DNA from: Perkinsus chesapeaki ATCC PRA-425 | Lineage: Eukaryota; Protista; Perkinsozoa | Assembly (NCBI GenBank): GCA_013115145.1 | Contig: JAAPAO010000019.1 | Location: forward strand, 70,936-134,935 | Reading direction: 5' to 3' | Length of the DNA: 64,000 nucleotides | In this document: positions 52,155 through 64,000 of the stretch, one piece after another | How positions within the stretch are numbered: position 1 is the stretch's first letter | Layout: each line of letters opens with the position of its first letter | The notes under the pieces: generated by a model | Database searches by the model: none | What the model was told of the DNA's origin: nothing | What the model saw: only the letters and a program-made list of their open reading frames with translations | Made by a program: the position numbers and the translations under genes

Positions 52155-54708
52155 ATGCTCAATCTTCTACGTGGAGCGCTCTGCCTACCGATCCTGCTCT
52201 GCGGCATTTGTGCTGCTATAACTCAAGATAATCAGACATGGTCATTTAATAGGTAACTGATAGAATCGTTGGAGCATGCCCCCCTCGTGATCAACGTTAA
52301 GTGTTGTTGAGTAACGAATTGGCCACGTTTAGGTCTAACACAGGCGGGGAAGGCTTTTATCCTATCGGCCATTCTTCGGAAGGATTCTCACCTCACTTGA
52401 AAGCTGGCTGGATGGAGGGAACCTGTCTTTCTCTCGTGGACCATTCAAAAGTTACGTCTAATCATTGATTCATTGTACCTCGTGCATCTGTTCTGATTCT
52501 TCTTCTCCTTTTCAGCAGTCTTCTGAGCGTATATCTGATATGGAGAATTTGGTCTACGTCATATCTTCCTTAACCAATATTCTATATTAGTATTACTAGT
52601 AACACGTTTTACTCGATATTCGGCTGAAGATTCGGGTTAACTTTTGCCTGATATTCGTTTGTATATTTTATCAGTCGATACACTACAGCTTGCAGTCTGT
52701 AAGGAGGTTATATTTAGGTAGAGAAGGAGGAGAATTTCGTCAATCATTCATGCAGAATAACGACTACTATAATCCGAGGAAGCCGGTAGGCAATTAAAGA
52801 GATTGGTCCAATTTAGTTGGAACTTGGAATGGAGCTCCTACTCGTTCAGCTCACCGTTCCTTATGCAGTTACTGTTCCTGCAAGTGAGCGGATTTTCTCC
52901 GATCCTCGGAATTCCTCTAATTGAGATGGAAGATGCCGCTGATCGAATGGGCGCCATCATGATAATGCTGCAACAGAGGTATTTCGTTAATTTTCGTCAT
53001 AGCCGATTAGATGCTTCCATACCAGTCAGTACTTCCGGCAGGTATTCCGGTGGAAGCATGCCTACGAATGAGTTCTCAGTGGCAACTCTGAAAAAGCTTT
53101 TCACAGTGCCCCAGTCAGTCCAAGATGTGGCTTTCTTCGGTGCACAGATAAAATCAGCGACACCGGAAATGAAAATCATTCTTTTTGGATGCAGTAAAGG
53201 AGGGGTAGGCAGCTCCTTTTCCGAGATGACTCCATTGATGGCTTGTGCGTCGATCATATTTCGTGTCAGACGATTGCAGCATTGGCTCGAAAGTATTACC
53301 CGCATATATTTGATGGAGCCATTGTGTCCTCAGCTACACTTAAGTTTCAACTAGAGAACGAGAAGTAGGTCTGAACTCAATGGTCTCCTCCAGTAAGTTT
53401 ATACAGTATCTCTCCCATTCTCTATGACGTCAAGCTTACGATATGGCTGTCGTTGACAGAGCCATTTACTTTCAGGTACGCCGAGGTTGTGAATAAAGAT
53501 TTCTCCAATAGTGACTTGGGCGGGAGCCGTAGCTGCTTAAAGGCAGTGAGTGCACAACACCTTTCAATCTCTTGACATTTCCCGGCAGGTGAGGGATGCC
53601 CATTTAGCTATTGGGGAGAGTTAGGGTCGCAAGAAGGCCGCCGAGAACTCGAGGAGAAGTTCGGCTTGAGTGAGGGAGATTTGGAAACCCCGGAAACCCA
53701 GACTTCGCTGTGAGCTCTTTAACTCCTCGCTATCAACGGAAGTACTACCCAGTACATATTATGATGGCGCGACTGGCGCGATGTTACAGTCCAATGACCC
53801 GCTATGTGAGAAAGACTATTGCAACATCAAAAAAATCTGCGCAAAGCTTACAAAAGGAAAGTAGGAATATGGTTGACGATCGTTAACTGTTAATAGACAC
53901 TGTTATGTAGGGAATCTCTATTGGATAAGTTGGCTACTATTTACAAGACTCATAGACCTCCTCCAACACATTTTGTTGAGAATCTACGACGTCTCATCCT
54001 TCAGTAGGCACTAGATCCAAGTTTGGTTCTAGGCTTGGTATTCGAATTCGCTCATTTAGGTTAAAGGATGATAAGAGCTCCGACTACAATAGGTTGGGCG
54101 AGTTTCATGTCTGCTCGACCAGGGGACTGATGGCGTCCTGCAAACAAGCGACCTGCCCATTCTTCACGAGAGAAGGATACGACTGGATGGATTTTTCACT
54201 TTGGAAATGCAAAGAAGGATTTGGAATATCTAAAGAAGAGGTGAGTTGCCTGAGGCAAACTCCAGTCATGAGTTGGTAAATTTTGAGGTACTCGAGGGAG
54301 TTACAGAGCTTCAAAAATATGTTGGAGACTTCCGCACGACGACAAATGTATTATCGATTAACGGTGATGCCGATCCATGGTACCCGTCATCTATATCTCA
54401 AGAGGGAGAAGGTCCGGAGGCGGAGATGGTAAGAGTAAATTGATATCAGTAGTCCGAACAAGTGGTTCTCATTAAAAACAGGTTAAAAGTGCATCACATT
54501 GCTACTGGTGCAGCGTATATGACAAGTAGGTCATTGGTGCGGAGCCTCGGGAGGATTTGTGCAATCAATTAATTCAATGGGGCCTTGCCTCATAAGCTAG
54601 ATCATCCAGTAGCTGCGCTTCTCGAAAATATAAGGCATGACTACGATGATCTTTCTCAGGAAAGTTTGCAAGAAGGTACGCAAAACTATCGAGAAGTGGC
54701 TCAAATGA
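52155..54708 (+). CDS. Serine peptidase family S28, copy 3
   Basis: Signal-peptide-like MLNLLRGALCLPILLCGICAA; SLVDHSK; MLQQR|YSGGSMP; FGCSKGG; NGDADPW; SASHCYWC; ends TIEKWLK*. Confidence 0.85.
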
Positions 54709-55304
54709 GTAGACAAATTCCACTGCCGGTCCCTCAACCGGTGCTCACCCGTTCTCTGTTGTAACGGGTCTCATTCACTTTTTGAATCAAATGACTTTAT
54801 TAAATGTTCACTATCGAATGGACAGAATCAGATATACAATGCCCATCATTCCTATTCGGCTGATGCTTCGTCATCTTTTTGCCGATAGAGATATCTGCCC
54901 TTTTGAAAACATAAGGCTTGAGTTGACATAATTATCCTGTTGGCGTGATAATGTTTCCTCTCTTGAAGGAGGTAGCACAACGATTAGCAGCAAGCGGCCG
55001 TTCAGCATCGCTGTGTGCCCAAATCAAGGTGACCTAGACTGGTATCGTTGTGGTACGCACCATGATGAAAGTTCTAATTCGCTTCTCATCTCACTTTTCG
55101 TTAAGAGTTCAAGTCACGCGATTCTGCCGCCTCATCTTCTTGCTTGTCTAGCGCCATATAGATTTAGTTATCCCAGATAACACTAGCGTCCTTATTTTCG
55201 ATAAGTATTGAGCATTTCGACAGCACTACTCCGCTTCCGTCGTCCTGACGGAGCGAACCGTCTCCTACAAGCGAGTTTGTTTTGCTTGTCAATCTGCTTG
55301 ATGG

Positions 55305-56003
55305 AGGTTCCAAATTCGCCGGACTAGCACGTAGGCTGGCGGAAACGGAGAGGTAAGAATACCGCGGATCCGAGCCTCGGATTCCGAGGTGCTTATAGAT
55401 AAGTTTTCATGAGTTCCTCGCACCGTGCGAGTCGCACGCCAGGCCGAATACTGCGGGTCTCAAATTCCTCCCCGGAATACTGTAGCTAGTTTTTGAAGTA
55501 AGAATGAACTTACGGGATATGTGATTAATCATGCCCATGGAGTGAAACAGTGGTGCCGCGGTTGGGTACAGGGAAGGTGTCCAATAGAGTGCACTAGGAC
55601 GCGATGACATCCAAAAAGTTTTCAATAAAAATTGTTCAACTGTCAGTCTTAGTGTTGGAAATGCCGGGTGGAACGGAGACAATTGCAGCAGTGCAGGGGT
55701 ACCCGTCGTCCGACGCTCCACTTAGTACGCGTTGAACCGTTTTTGGTTCAGAATGAGAGTGGAGATACGGAAGATGTGATTGATCACAGCCCGGAGGTCA
55801 GCCTTCACGGACGTTAATGATGGCCCGTTGACCCCGTCATTGACGGGGTATGCTCTTCGCACTTAGTATTCAAATGAAGTTGATTGAGTAGACTGAACTC
55901 AATTAAGCCTTCGCCAGATTCACTCTATGGGCCATCGACAAGTCGTATAACATGAAAGTAAGTAATATAGTACGGGCTATCTATCTCCTCTGAGGCACTA
56001 TAC
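55305..56003 (+). pseudogene. Decayed copy of CFAP57 exons 1-3
   Basis: gactagcacgt..ggagag|gtaagaat matches the exon 1 end, with the ATG lost. 55752-55808 matches exon 2. 55920-55975 matches exon 3 (atcgacaagtcgt..taatatagta) with stops. Confidence 0.8.
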
Positions 56004-56004
56004 C

Positions 56005-56956
56005 TTGGAAAGCACGAAGTGCTTGGAGGTACAGTCCGAGCCGGAGTCGGTTCCTCACTTGTGTATCTGTGTTGCCACACAATCCTGTGCAAGCTAGATT
56101 GCTCATTTGTATTTGTATCGGCAAGATGATTGTTGTGAGAGCGTAGATTGATGCCATGTTGGCTCAAGTTTGTGGTGAAACACATGATTTTTTTTCTTTC
56201 TATCTGGCATATTGCCAGCGGTCGATTGCCGACTGAATATGTATATGGTATTTGCTGGTCTAATGTTTGCCTATATATATCGATGTCTATCTTAGACAGT
56301 CTATCTCGCGCCGCTTGAACGTTGATATGTTTAGCGGCATCTGTCTGTCACGACTCGATCCGCTGGAACCAGATGATTTACCCGTGCACTCGTCTTGCTG
56401 TTGTGTTTAATGAGGATCGGCTCGCGAAGGCAAAGACACTGTATTCCAGAAATCTATTTCGCGAATAGGGAAATCAATTTCGCGAATAAGGAATACAGTA
56501 TCTTCGCCTTCGCGAGCCGATCCTTGTAACACAACAATTAATGCACTCATGGGCTAATCATCTGGCTTTTCTGCAGTTGGTACCGATAGCGGACCACCGC
56601 CACACAATGTGCGGCACACATACCGTGCAGTGCCGAATAGACATCTAAATGAATGTATATATATACATACAACAGTAGTATCATGAGTATATATATACAT
56701 ATCCAGTCAATAGTCGACCGCAGAAAATGTGCCAGAACAAACCAGAAGAAAAAATCAGCAGTGATGCCTCAACTTGAGCCAAGACTACATGATAACGAGC
56801 AAATACAGCAAAGTGAACTGCCTCCACGCTACAGTTGAAGCACTCACTCACTAGCTAGATTGGCTTGCACTAGCACTGTGTGACTATAACACAATGGGAC
56901 AGGACAAGGAACCGACTCCGGCTCGAACTGTACCTTCAAGCACCAGTGCTTTCCAA
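56005..56956. repeat. ~950-bp imperfect palindrome (foldback) with a 42-bp spacer containing a 21-bp tandem repeat
   Basis: About 11 collinear inverted anchors. Innermost 35 bp match at 33/35 (56413-56447 vs 56490-56524); outermost ~50 bp match at about 46/51 (56005-56055 vs 56907-56956). Confidence 0.92.
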
Positions 56957-57241
56957 TACATCACTATTGGTCTACAACCACTTAAGGGCGTGTGGTCGGA
57001 AAGCGAGATTCTATCAACAGGAGCGGGCACAGATGCGTTTTCTTTCCATGAATGGTTTCATCGCGTTTGCGTGAGAACCCTCTAGCGGAGGTTGGTCAAC
57101 GACCTTCGTTAGTGAATCAGATAACGCAAGATAACAAATTAGAGTGAAAGTCTTCACTGGCAACATGCAAACTATCCAGAATTTATGAGTGCGATACCAG
57201 TCGGTTACTTCGCATCATAAACCCTTGTACGTGATTTATTA

Positions 57242-59054
57242 TTATACGTCAAGCAATGCATCCAATGGCTTGTAGAAGAAACCCCGAGGAATCTTCCACA
57301 ACACAGCCACGGCTGCTGCAGTTCGCTCTTGCGGCATGAAGGGTAGGATAGACCACTTACCAGCACCGACAACCTAATACAGTAGTAATGAACAGGAAAC
57401 ACAGGCCTCTCACCTCCACAGTAGGAAGGACCACAGGCGAAGACAGGTCCTCGTCGGTGACATCCTGCCGTTGACTCCTGTGGGTTACCGGAGTCGCAGC
57501 AACGTGCTAGAGGAAGAACACATGCGATTGATCGATACGATGGCATACCTGTAATGCGATACCGTGCCGGCTTCTGGGTGAAATGGGCCGAGGAGGGCTT
57601 CCCATACGGCACAAGTCATCCTCCTCGTGATCCACAAAAAGATCAGGGGAGGGAGGCACCAGTCTCGAGGACTCCAACAGGGTACTCTCGCCACCCACAA
57701 CAACAGCCCCGACTCCAGGGATATGGACAGAAACGCCTGCTACGCTCGGTGACTACTTTCGAGTAGATAACCACTTACATCCACCTCGCCTGTTGGCCAT
57801 ATCGCCGACTGTATGGGACTGCCCTTGGCAGTCCTTCAAGTCAATCATCTCAACGCTAGATAACTCCCTTCGCATACTTCCCGGCTCGGTGAAGCCACCC
57901 GATACAATCCTGGCATTAGGAATCCGGGTTTGGAAATATATACACTCCTTACAGATTATCATCCTCGTCGACACACACAGCAGCTGCGGCCCGTCTGCTA
58001 CTAAGTCTATGGGTTACCAGCCAGCGGCCGACGGGATTCGGCAGATTCGAGCTCGAACCTGCATAAGGATAGCACACTACTCGCAGCTGCCAAAAAAAAC
58101 CCACCTCGATACTTCTCCATGTGCTCAAAGTCTGCCGAAAGATCGATCGTGAGAACATCCTCAGACGCAGTGAACGTGTCGCTGCAACCGCCAACAACGT
58201 GCAACCTGACGCGAAGACTTAACTAACTCGTGATGAGGTATTTACATGAATCCTTCATGAGAAGCAACAAGTCGACCCCCTGCTGTCGGGTAAGGCAACT
58301 GATGATGAGGAGGCGCTGGAAACCAAGTATCCTCCTCAGGATCGTAATATTCCACGAGCGAGGTGGGACCGTGAAGGCCAGTATTACCACCCGCCGCATA
58401 CCTGAATAGAATTGGGACACAGTTGCACAGGGACAGTTCCCAACTTACACAAAACCATTGGCTAAAGTCGCCACGCCCAGCCCAAAACGACCAAGAGACA
58501 ACGGGGCGGCAGGAGACCACAGACCCGTCTCGGGATCGTATCTACTAGAATAATAAGAATAATTATACTATAGGATTTTACATGTCGCATCGACTGCTAG
58601 GACTGGTGACGCTGTCAGTATACCCACCAACCAAAAGGATCCTTCCATCCTTCAAGGTAGCACAGCCAGCGCCTACACGACTGATGCCCTCCGGGAGCGG
58701 ACCACCAGGCGCCTGATACACAAGTAAAGCAGAGAAGAGTACAGATGCATACCCATCGACTGTTGTAGGTGTCGAAGATGACAGACTCCTCGTGGTAGGT
58801 GAACTGATTAGATCGTCCTCCCATAACAAGTATGTGGGGAACTGCTTCCGAATGGTAAAAGAACCTGCCTTGAATGCACTGATGACCACCATTGGAGGGG
58901 CAAATGACTTTGCAATGGGCCCATCTACAACTTCGACAGGAAACGCTTCTTTCAGCACATCTAACTTTGCTTGCATGTTATAGTCAGTCCATGCGAGGGA
59001 CTCCCATTGGCATCGAGGGACGTACTCGGAATCAGATGATGTTCTCCGAGACAT
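57242..59054 (-). CDS. Kelch-repeat protein (multi-exon)
   Basis: RVGAGCATLKDGRILLVGGYTD; YDPETGLWSPAAPLSLGRFGLGVATL; YAAGGNTGLHGPTSLVEYYDPEEDTW; VVGGCSD; VSGGFTE..LSSVEMIDL; VVGGEST. ATG 59054, TAA 57242. Confidence 0.88.
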
Positions 59055-59299
59055 GTCTAGGGGTCCGCACGTATTAACTGAAATAGTTCTCACATAAAGA
59101 ATGATAGACCGGGAAGCATTATGCAATTGATAGTTGAGTGGGCGAAACGCGCTACCAGCACGAAACGGTTGCACGCATTTTGCATGCAAGTGCCGCGCCA
59201 GTCAGGACAGATGTCAACTCAAAGGTCTCGTCAGTGGGGAACCGAAAGAATACTTGTAACATGCTTTCACCATGAATAGACAAGGATCCTATCTTAGGA

Positions 59300-62200
59300 C
59301 TCCTGTTCTTCCATGCCGGCTTGCTGTGCCTATAATCGACATGGAGGAATGATACACCTTAAGTTAGACTAACCAGGGCGACGGTTGCTGCTCTGTGGTC
59401 GCTGCGTAGGACGATTTGCTGATCGTGGCGGCTCACCAACTACATCCGCGTATCTGAATAGGGCAATGGTGCGAAGTGCATACGAACTACGAATGCGTTC
59501 TCATAAAACATGCGACAAGAAACTCACGAGAAATAGACGCTTCCATTGGGAACATAGTCATTCTCATCTAGACCTAAAACAGAGTGATCACACATGCTGT
59601 GGTGAGGGAAGATACCGCTCTGTATTGCGCTGAGAACTTCGCTATTCATCGGTCGGTTCGGGTCTATCTCGCCTGCTTGTGTCAGCCTATCAGTAGGCAA
59701 TAAGTCAGTTTGTAATATACCTTCACTTCGGAACCTTGACGTAGAGATGAAAAGATTGCGTGAGCAGGTCTTCGAACCTGGGATTCGCAGAGTGCTGCCG
59801 CGCCACTCTCGTAAACTCGGTTGTCGGTTGTTTCAGACCAAGTGCCGAGCCAGGCCGAGTCCTTTGGGCGTTTCCGGCCAGCTCGATGTTGCCTATCTCC
59901 CAAGAGTCGTCGACCTGGTCGTAGTGAGAACGATCTACTATACGCTGGTACCTGCTTCACCAAGTCTCTATGAAACGAATGGGTCATGCAGCGCCATTCG
60001 CTGCCACACAACGACCCACTCGTCCGGTGGGATGAAGTAGTCGATCACTAATGACTTCAGCTTTAGCTCTTTGCTGAGTGCACGAATGGAAGCCAACATA
60101 TCTTCTCTCTCCTGTTGGAACTCCCTAATCAAATAACAGTTACCTTCAAACCCATTTACACAGGAAGCAAGATCCGCGTTCGCGAGTCTTCTCACCTCTG
60201 TAGATCGTCCACTTCCGCACTAGCATTCTTGTACTTCTGCCAGAGCTTCTCTAACTGAAGGTTACCATCATTCGTAGAGATTCCATGCCCCATAGTATTG
60301 CATCAAATACAAGATCTCCTTATATGAAGGAGGCTGCGATGTTCTCCCACCTTATTTGTCAGTTTCAAGACTTGACCATCTTTGGCTTCGTATTTTTCAG
60401 CCAGAAGAAGCCGTTCTTCCTCTTGCTCTTTAACCTATTGAGCTACTGTATTCTGCTATTCTCACCAGCTTGGAGTGCCACTGTTCCCTTACTTTAGCGC
60501 GGATCCTTTCCTCCTCTTCTTTCTTCTTTTCCAATGCACGGCGAGCTTTCTTCAATTCCTTCTCTTGCACAGCAGCTTGCTGGATGACCTACCAATTCAA
60601 AAAAGCGTTTGGAAATAATAGAATATTGCTGTACCGCTGGGAATAGCGTTATTGACCAGTTTACCTTGGTGCCCATCAACATCTTATCTTCCATTTGTTT
60701 CAGCTTATCCAGCAACTGGACCTGCTGTTCACGTTGCTTCTCTCCTTGCTCCTAGAAGGTCAATGAGCTATGTATCATCGGACAATGGCCAACCTCTTTT
60801 CGCTGCAGCTCAGACAGAAGGTTTTGCCTCTCTTGCTCAGTCTTGTCTTTCTCCACCAGTATCTTCTGCCTCTCTCTAGGAAGTGTGTTATGACCAAGGT
60901 TTAACCGTCATGCGCATACTCTTCAAATTTCTTATGGACTTCTTTCTGTTCCTCCGCCATCTTCTCTTTAATTTGCTCAATCTCCTTCTCACTCGGACCG
61001 TGGACGTGCACAACCTAACATAACAATAACCAGGAAGCATATTCGGGACGCATATTAAGAGAGACCACTAGACAGTTAGATAATGGGAAAAATATGCTAT
61101 TTAGGAGTAGCGTTCCCCACTTTTTCGATAACCTTCTCTACAGTGACTTCTCTCGGTCCCGAGCCATCACCGCCCGCAATGCCCGCTTGCATCGCGAGCT
61201 GTGACTTCAGCCGTGCTAACATATTTTCTCGTTATCTACCGAATGGATGATTGTCGGGTCGAGCTACTTATCTCTTCCTGGAACTCTCGAATCATAGCGT
61301 CTTTGGGGTCCTCGTTGATGCGAGGCTTGTTCTTGATAGACTTTGCCCTGTGAGCATATCTAACGTGGTTCAAACGTGGTGACACGGTTCTAAGTCTCAA
61401 AATCCGACCGTAGGGTTGAAAGAGTTTCATCATAGTTATAGTCAGCAGGGCCAATATTTGCCACCATTACGGTCTTGGTGTTGCCACCCAACGAATCCTA
61501 ATAATGTGACAGTGTAGTCCATAGAACTGCGGATTAACTAATCCACCTGGAGGAGGCGAGTTAGCTTCGAATCTCGATATGGGACGAATGTCGAACGGCT
61601 GTCAACCAAAGCTGAGATGACATTGCCCAAAGCCGAGAGAGATAAATTGATCTTTGTTGCCTCCTTGAGGGTTTCACCTGACATCGCACAGCGTGATCAA
61701 TGACAAGAATTATCGGCCACAGACCAGTGGAGCCAGTTTTAGACTGTCTTTCCGAACCAGCGAGATCAACCATATTCAGTTTTCCCACCCTGAAAAAAGG
61801 TGCCGGTGACTTTCGCGTTACCATTAACATACGTCACTATATCCTCCTACCGTATGTGTCCTTGACCGTCCTCCTTCATCTCAGCAGTCTCTATTGTTAT
61901 AGTGAAGATCGAATGAGATCGGCTGGACTCTACGTTCATCAGGGTCGCACCGACAGACCTGTTCCTCTGTCCAGCAGCCATAACCTGAAAAAAGCTTTCG
62001 CACTAGAATCATGTACAGTACAACCCCTGCGTTACTTGCCGCATCTCGTCAACTCCTTTAACCACGAAAGCTTGAAGGTCTTTCACGAAAACGCCAGTTT
62101 CCTGCCGAGGTCCACCTTTCCGAGCCTGACTTAGCTTACTGGGTTATCTTTCAGCTCTAGCTTTTCCTTCGGATTCTTCGATAGAAGATCTCTGATCTCC

Positions 62201-63089
62201 TCGTTGTATATTTCTAGAAAACTGGCCCGAACCAGGTATCTGAGAAGGTGCTTCTCCAGATAGGAACTTGACCCTGGCGAGCGTCCTGCAATACAGAACC
62301 TGTCGCTATGCTAACAGGAAACGCAAATTTGAATATCTATAGAAGTAAGAGACCAGGGGCAACATACTCCCCCAACATGTCTGAACTAACTCACAACAAG
62401 GCACGGTCAGCTCCGCATCATCAACTTACGAGATCCCTTGCCCACCGCTCTCATCGATACTTTTGAAGAGGTGCTCGAATGCTCGTGGGATCATACCGTG
62501 CTGGTCGGCTAAATGACAGTTTGTGGAAGCGCTCCTATGGCTATACGAGTTGGTACTCTTTTTTCCACCGGCCGGTCCCACCATTGTATGCGTTTTACCT
62601 GTACCAGTCTGGCCATACGCGAATATAGTGCCTGACAGCACAGCGCTAAGTAACGACCATCACAAGAAGCAAAGTGCTAACCGTTATAGCCTTCCAGGAC
62701 GTTCTCCACTATAGGATATGCTGTCTCTTCATATATTTGAGCCTGGCTTGATTTAGGCGGGTATACGGCATCGAAAGTAAACTCTTTTGCAACTTCTCTC
62801 GCTTGACCCTGAGCCTGATAGAGAGCTGGCAACAACGACGTGACCGTCAGGGCTTCACCGATGACGGTTTGTAAACTGTGACTAGATGGTATGCCGTGTC
62901 CATTTCGACTGTCTGCGTGCGACCGTCTGTTACCTCCTGATCTGACATTGGCCGGCAGCGGATTACCTGCGATGCGATTTGACTTGGTCTACTGTAAGGC
63001 TACGGTATAATGCCTACAACTCGCACACATTCGGTATTCTTGGAGCTCACTGTATTATCCTTCGTACAGCTAGTGTGAGTGGCAGTCAT
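59300..63089 (-). CDS. KIF3: Kinesin-2 motor subunit (KIF3/FLA10-like)
   Basis: VRV|VIRCRP; FTFDAVY; [17 protein letters not shown] (P-loop); [17 protein letters not shown]; [14 protein letters not shown]; [26 protein letters not shown]; kinesin-2 tail [17 protein letters not shown] and [17 protein letters not shown]. 3' end approximate. Confidence 0.93.
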
Positions 63090-64000
63090 TAAGGAGGAAC
63101 GAAATAAGCGGGAACAGAGTTACGGAAGTGAATATCACGATGAGCGGCGGCTTTATTTCGCACACAACGCCAAGAACGTTTTCCTCCCGAATTCATAGAC
63201 TAACGTGTTCGAGAATGATTTGGTCTCGGACAGTTCCTTATCGAACGTCTTTCCCCATCTTCCGATCGCTGCATCTAGCTTAGTGGGTCTAAGATCTGGA
63301 AGTAGAATTGACGAGATAGAAGACGAGATAACGTTAACCTAAGACTATTAGGTATGCTTTGTTTTCAAAGCTATATTGTACATGCAGTTTGTTACCAACA
63401 TAGCAACACCAATGGTAACTATATCATTTAGCAAATTTTGAGGACGCTACTAACAGTATATATTTATAGGAAAGCGAATCCACCTGCTCTATACATGGCG
63501 CACGTTCCGTGCCGAAACACGAACGTGTCTAGTAGAGCACTTGTGGGACAGCCTGCACCAGATCCACAATATGTCTGAAGGAGATGTGTCTCATCGAACA
63601 AAAAATGCGCCACGCTTCATGGCGACCTTCGACAACATTTCTCTTGTTCATCACGTGACAAGATGAATATCCCTTGACGTCGACATGAGGGGTACCAAGC
63701 CCTACGATACCCCCTCTCCCTCACGAAAGCAAAAGGAATGATAGGTAAACCTGTTGATGACCGTGAGCTTGGCTACTTCGCGTCGCGTCGCGATACCATA
63801 GAAGTAACCAAGCTGGATGACCACGCGATAATCGCGTGGTCATCCTAAAATTGAAAACATGACATCCTGAAATCGATCAACCGTTTCATGCCTACCTGTT
63901 GATATCTTCCTCTCGATACCTTTCGTACAGGGCCGGTATGCGGATCCTGATCCACGCGTGATCCTGAGAAAAAGATCACGAAAAAAGATCAACGCAATGA

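Noticed and set aside
56449-56490. 21-bp repeats as a mini CRISPR array
   Set aside because: Only two adjacent units with no spacer, no cas genes, and a eukaryotic context.
33172-63089. CFAP57 and kinesin-2 as a flagellar gene cluster
   Set aside because: They are 17 kb apart with unrelated genes between; two flagellar genes in 64 kb is unremarkable for a zoospore-forming protist.

Overview
Eukaryotic, gene-dense nuclear DNA with many short GT-AG introns. Gene content and intron style suggest an alveolate, probably Perkinsus (inference, no database search). No CRISPR array, rRNA or convincing tRNA was found. Recognisable genes: GNAT acetyltransferase, COPI-associated membrane protein, an M3 peptidase homolog that has lost its zinc site, a diacylglycerol kinase, a Mei2-like RRM protein, a GH47 alpha-1,2-mannosidase, three divergent S28 serine peptidases, CFAP57, a Cache-like membrane protein, a Kelch protein with a truncated duplicate, and kinesin-2. 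Each S28 gene is followed by the 5' end of CFAP57, which is intact only after copy 2, so the duplicated unit is S28 plus the CFAP57 5' end. The most striking unexplained structure is a ~950-bp imperfect palindrome (56005-56956) starting where homology of the third cassette ends. It has a TCGCGA-rich, tandem-repeat core and a spliced-leader-like motif in each arm. Exon boundaries and identity counts were done by hand and are approximate.
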